The notes beneath the pieces are model-generated. The model ran no database searches. It had not been told where the DNA came from and worked only from the letters and a program-made list of their open reading frames with translations. DNA of 64,000 bases from Rhina ancylostomus (Eukaryota): NCBI GenBank assembly GCA_030265395.1, contig JARFYF010000007.1, positions 46,785,333-46,849,332 of the forward strand, read 5' to 3'. Below are positions 62,794 to 64,000 of the stretch, in pieces. Every line of letters starts with the position of its first letter. Position 1 is the stretch's first letter. The position numbers and the translations under genes are program-made.

Positions 62794-64000
62794 CAAGGGT
62801 GACCCTGATCTTCATGTTGCCTATTATTTTAATTCTCCAGCCCACTCCTACTCTGGCCTCTCTGTGTTTGACTTCTTGCCTTGTTCCAATAAAACCTAAA
62901 GTAAGCTTGAAGAACTGCATTTCACCTTCTAACTATGCACCTCATGGCCTTCAGGACTTAATATTGAATTCAGCCATTTCAGATAAGCTGCCTTCCCAGT
63001 TCGTATCTGAAGTGGGCAGATCAAATGAAAGGTTATCAAATTGCAAAGTTAATTCCATTTAACTCTACAGATGCTGCCTAACCCCATGGATATTTATAAG
63101 CATTCTTTTTGATTTCAGATTTCCAGAGCTGCATTGCCAGAAGTGTGGGCACAAGACGATGTTATTTTTTTCTTTTCTGTGCTCTGTCCTCATTCTGTTT
63201 ACAGATCAGCTGTGATTAACCAGCCTTCCCCTCCCTCTCTCAGGTGGCACCTCCACTTGTGTCATTCATCCTCTTTTGATCTCTACCTATCACAGGCACC
63301 CTCCTTCTCTGCAATTTATTATGTGTTTGATTTCCTAATTTTCCTGCTACTAATTGAAAGATTATCATTCTGATTCTTCATCCACAATTGGTGCCTGACC
63401 TGGTGAATATTTTGGGCGTTTTGTGTTTTCTTTTATAGCAATGTAATCGACCAGAAAAATATGCTTTGTAGTCGATAGACACTGCTACTCTTGTTTACAC
63501 GGGCAGCTACCGATCACTTGACTGGAAACCAGAGTTTGAAACTTGCCTTGTATTTTCAGCAGAGGCTGCTTTGACTACGTTTGCACAATGAACGAGCAGT
63601 CAAGCCATCTCGATTTTATATGCAACTAACTCAAAGAAGCGTGCCTGCATTGGGCTGTTTACAGCCATGCCCATGCAGGGCTGAGATGGGAGCAGCAGGA
63701 GATGGCGCTGGAGAGCAGGCAACTGGCATTAGACTGGCATGGGGCAATTGGCTGCCCATTAAGATGCCAATAAAGATTTGGTTCACTTTATGAAGTCAAA
63801 AGAAAAATATATCTAAAAATTGGAAGGGACTTTTTAACAAATGAAATTACTCCGGGGTAAACAGCCTGGTAACTTTAATTTGTTTAGAGCATCAAAGCAT
63901 CTAAATTTCTCCTAACCTTAGCACACAGCTAGTGTAATCTTCCATTCCTTGATCTGCCTGCCCCATATGAAGCACTGCTGCATTCACTCTGCACTATTAT

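Noticed and set aside
62417-62920. 167-aa ORF as a novel chimeric protein
   Set aside because: Chance read-through from antisense Penelope DNA into a broken L1 ORF2, with a non-ATG start and a downstream frameshift.
1-64000. CRISPR arrays, operons or other prokaryotic systems
   Set aside because: The sequence is intron-rich vertebrate DNA with no repeat-spacer arrays or long uninterrupted ORFs.

Overview
Vertebrate genomic DNA, most likely a cartilaginous fish given its V-SINE, CR1, Rex-Babar and Penelope repeats, from a gapped draft assembly. The window is dominated by one complete + strand gene (ATG 2986 to TGA 55467): a 20-exon membrane-anchored six-domain multicopper ferroxidase of ~1144 aa, best matching hephaestin-like 1 (HEPHL1). 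All visible splice sites are GT-AG with consistent phases; only the start of exon 12 is hidden, in a 46-N gap. Introns and flanks hold V-SINEs, CR1/L2/Rex-Babar/L1 fragments, Penelope relics with hammerhead-like cores, a clean solo LTR and a pogo/Tigger-like MITE. I find no convincing new biological system. The best leads are a split L1 bracketed by a ~113-bp near-identical direct repeat, one SINE head with two different LINE-derived tails, a possible secreted isoform via exon 19 read-through, and a possible decayed divergent gene just upstream of HEPHL1.
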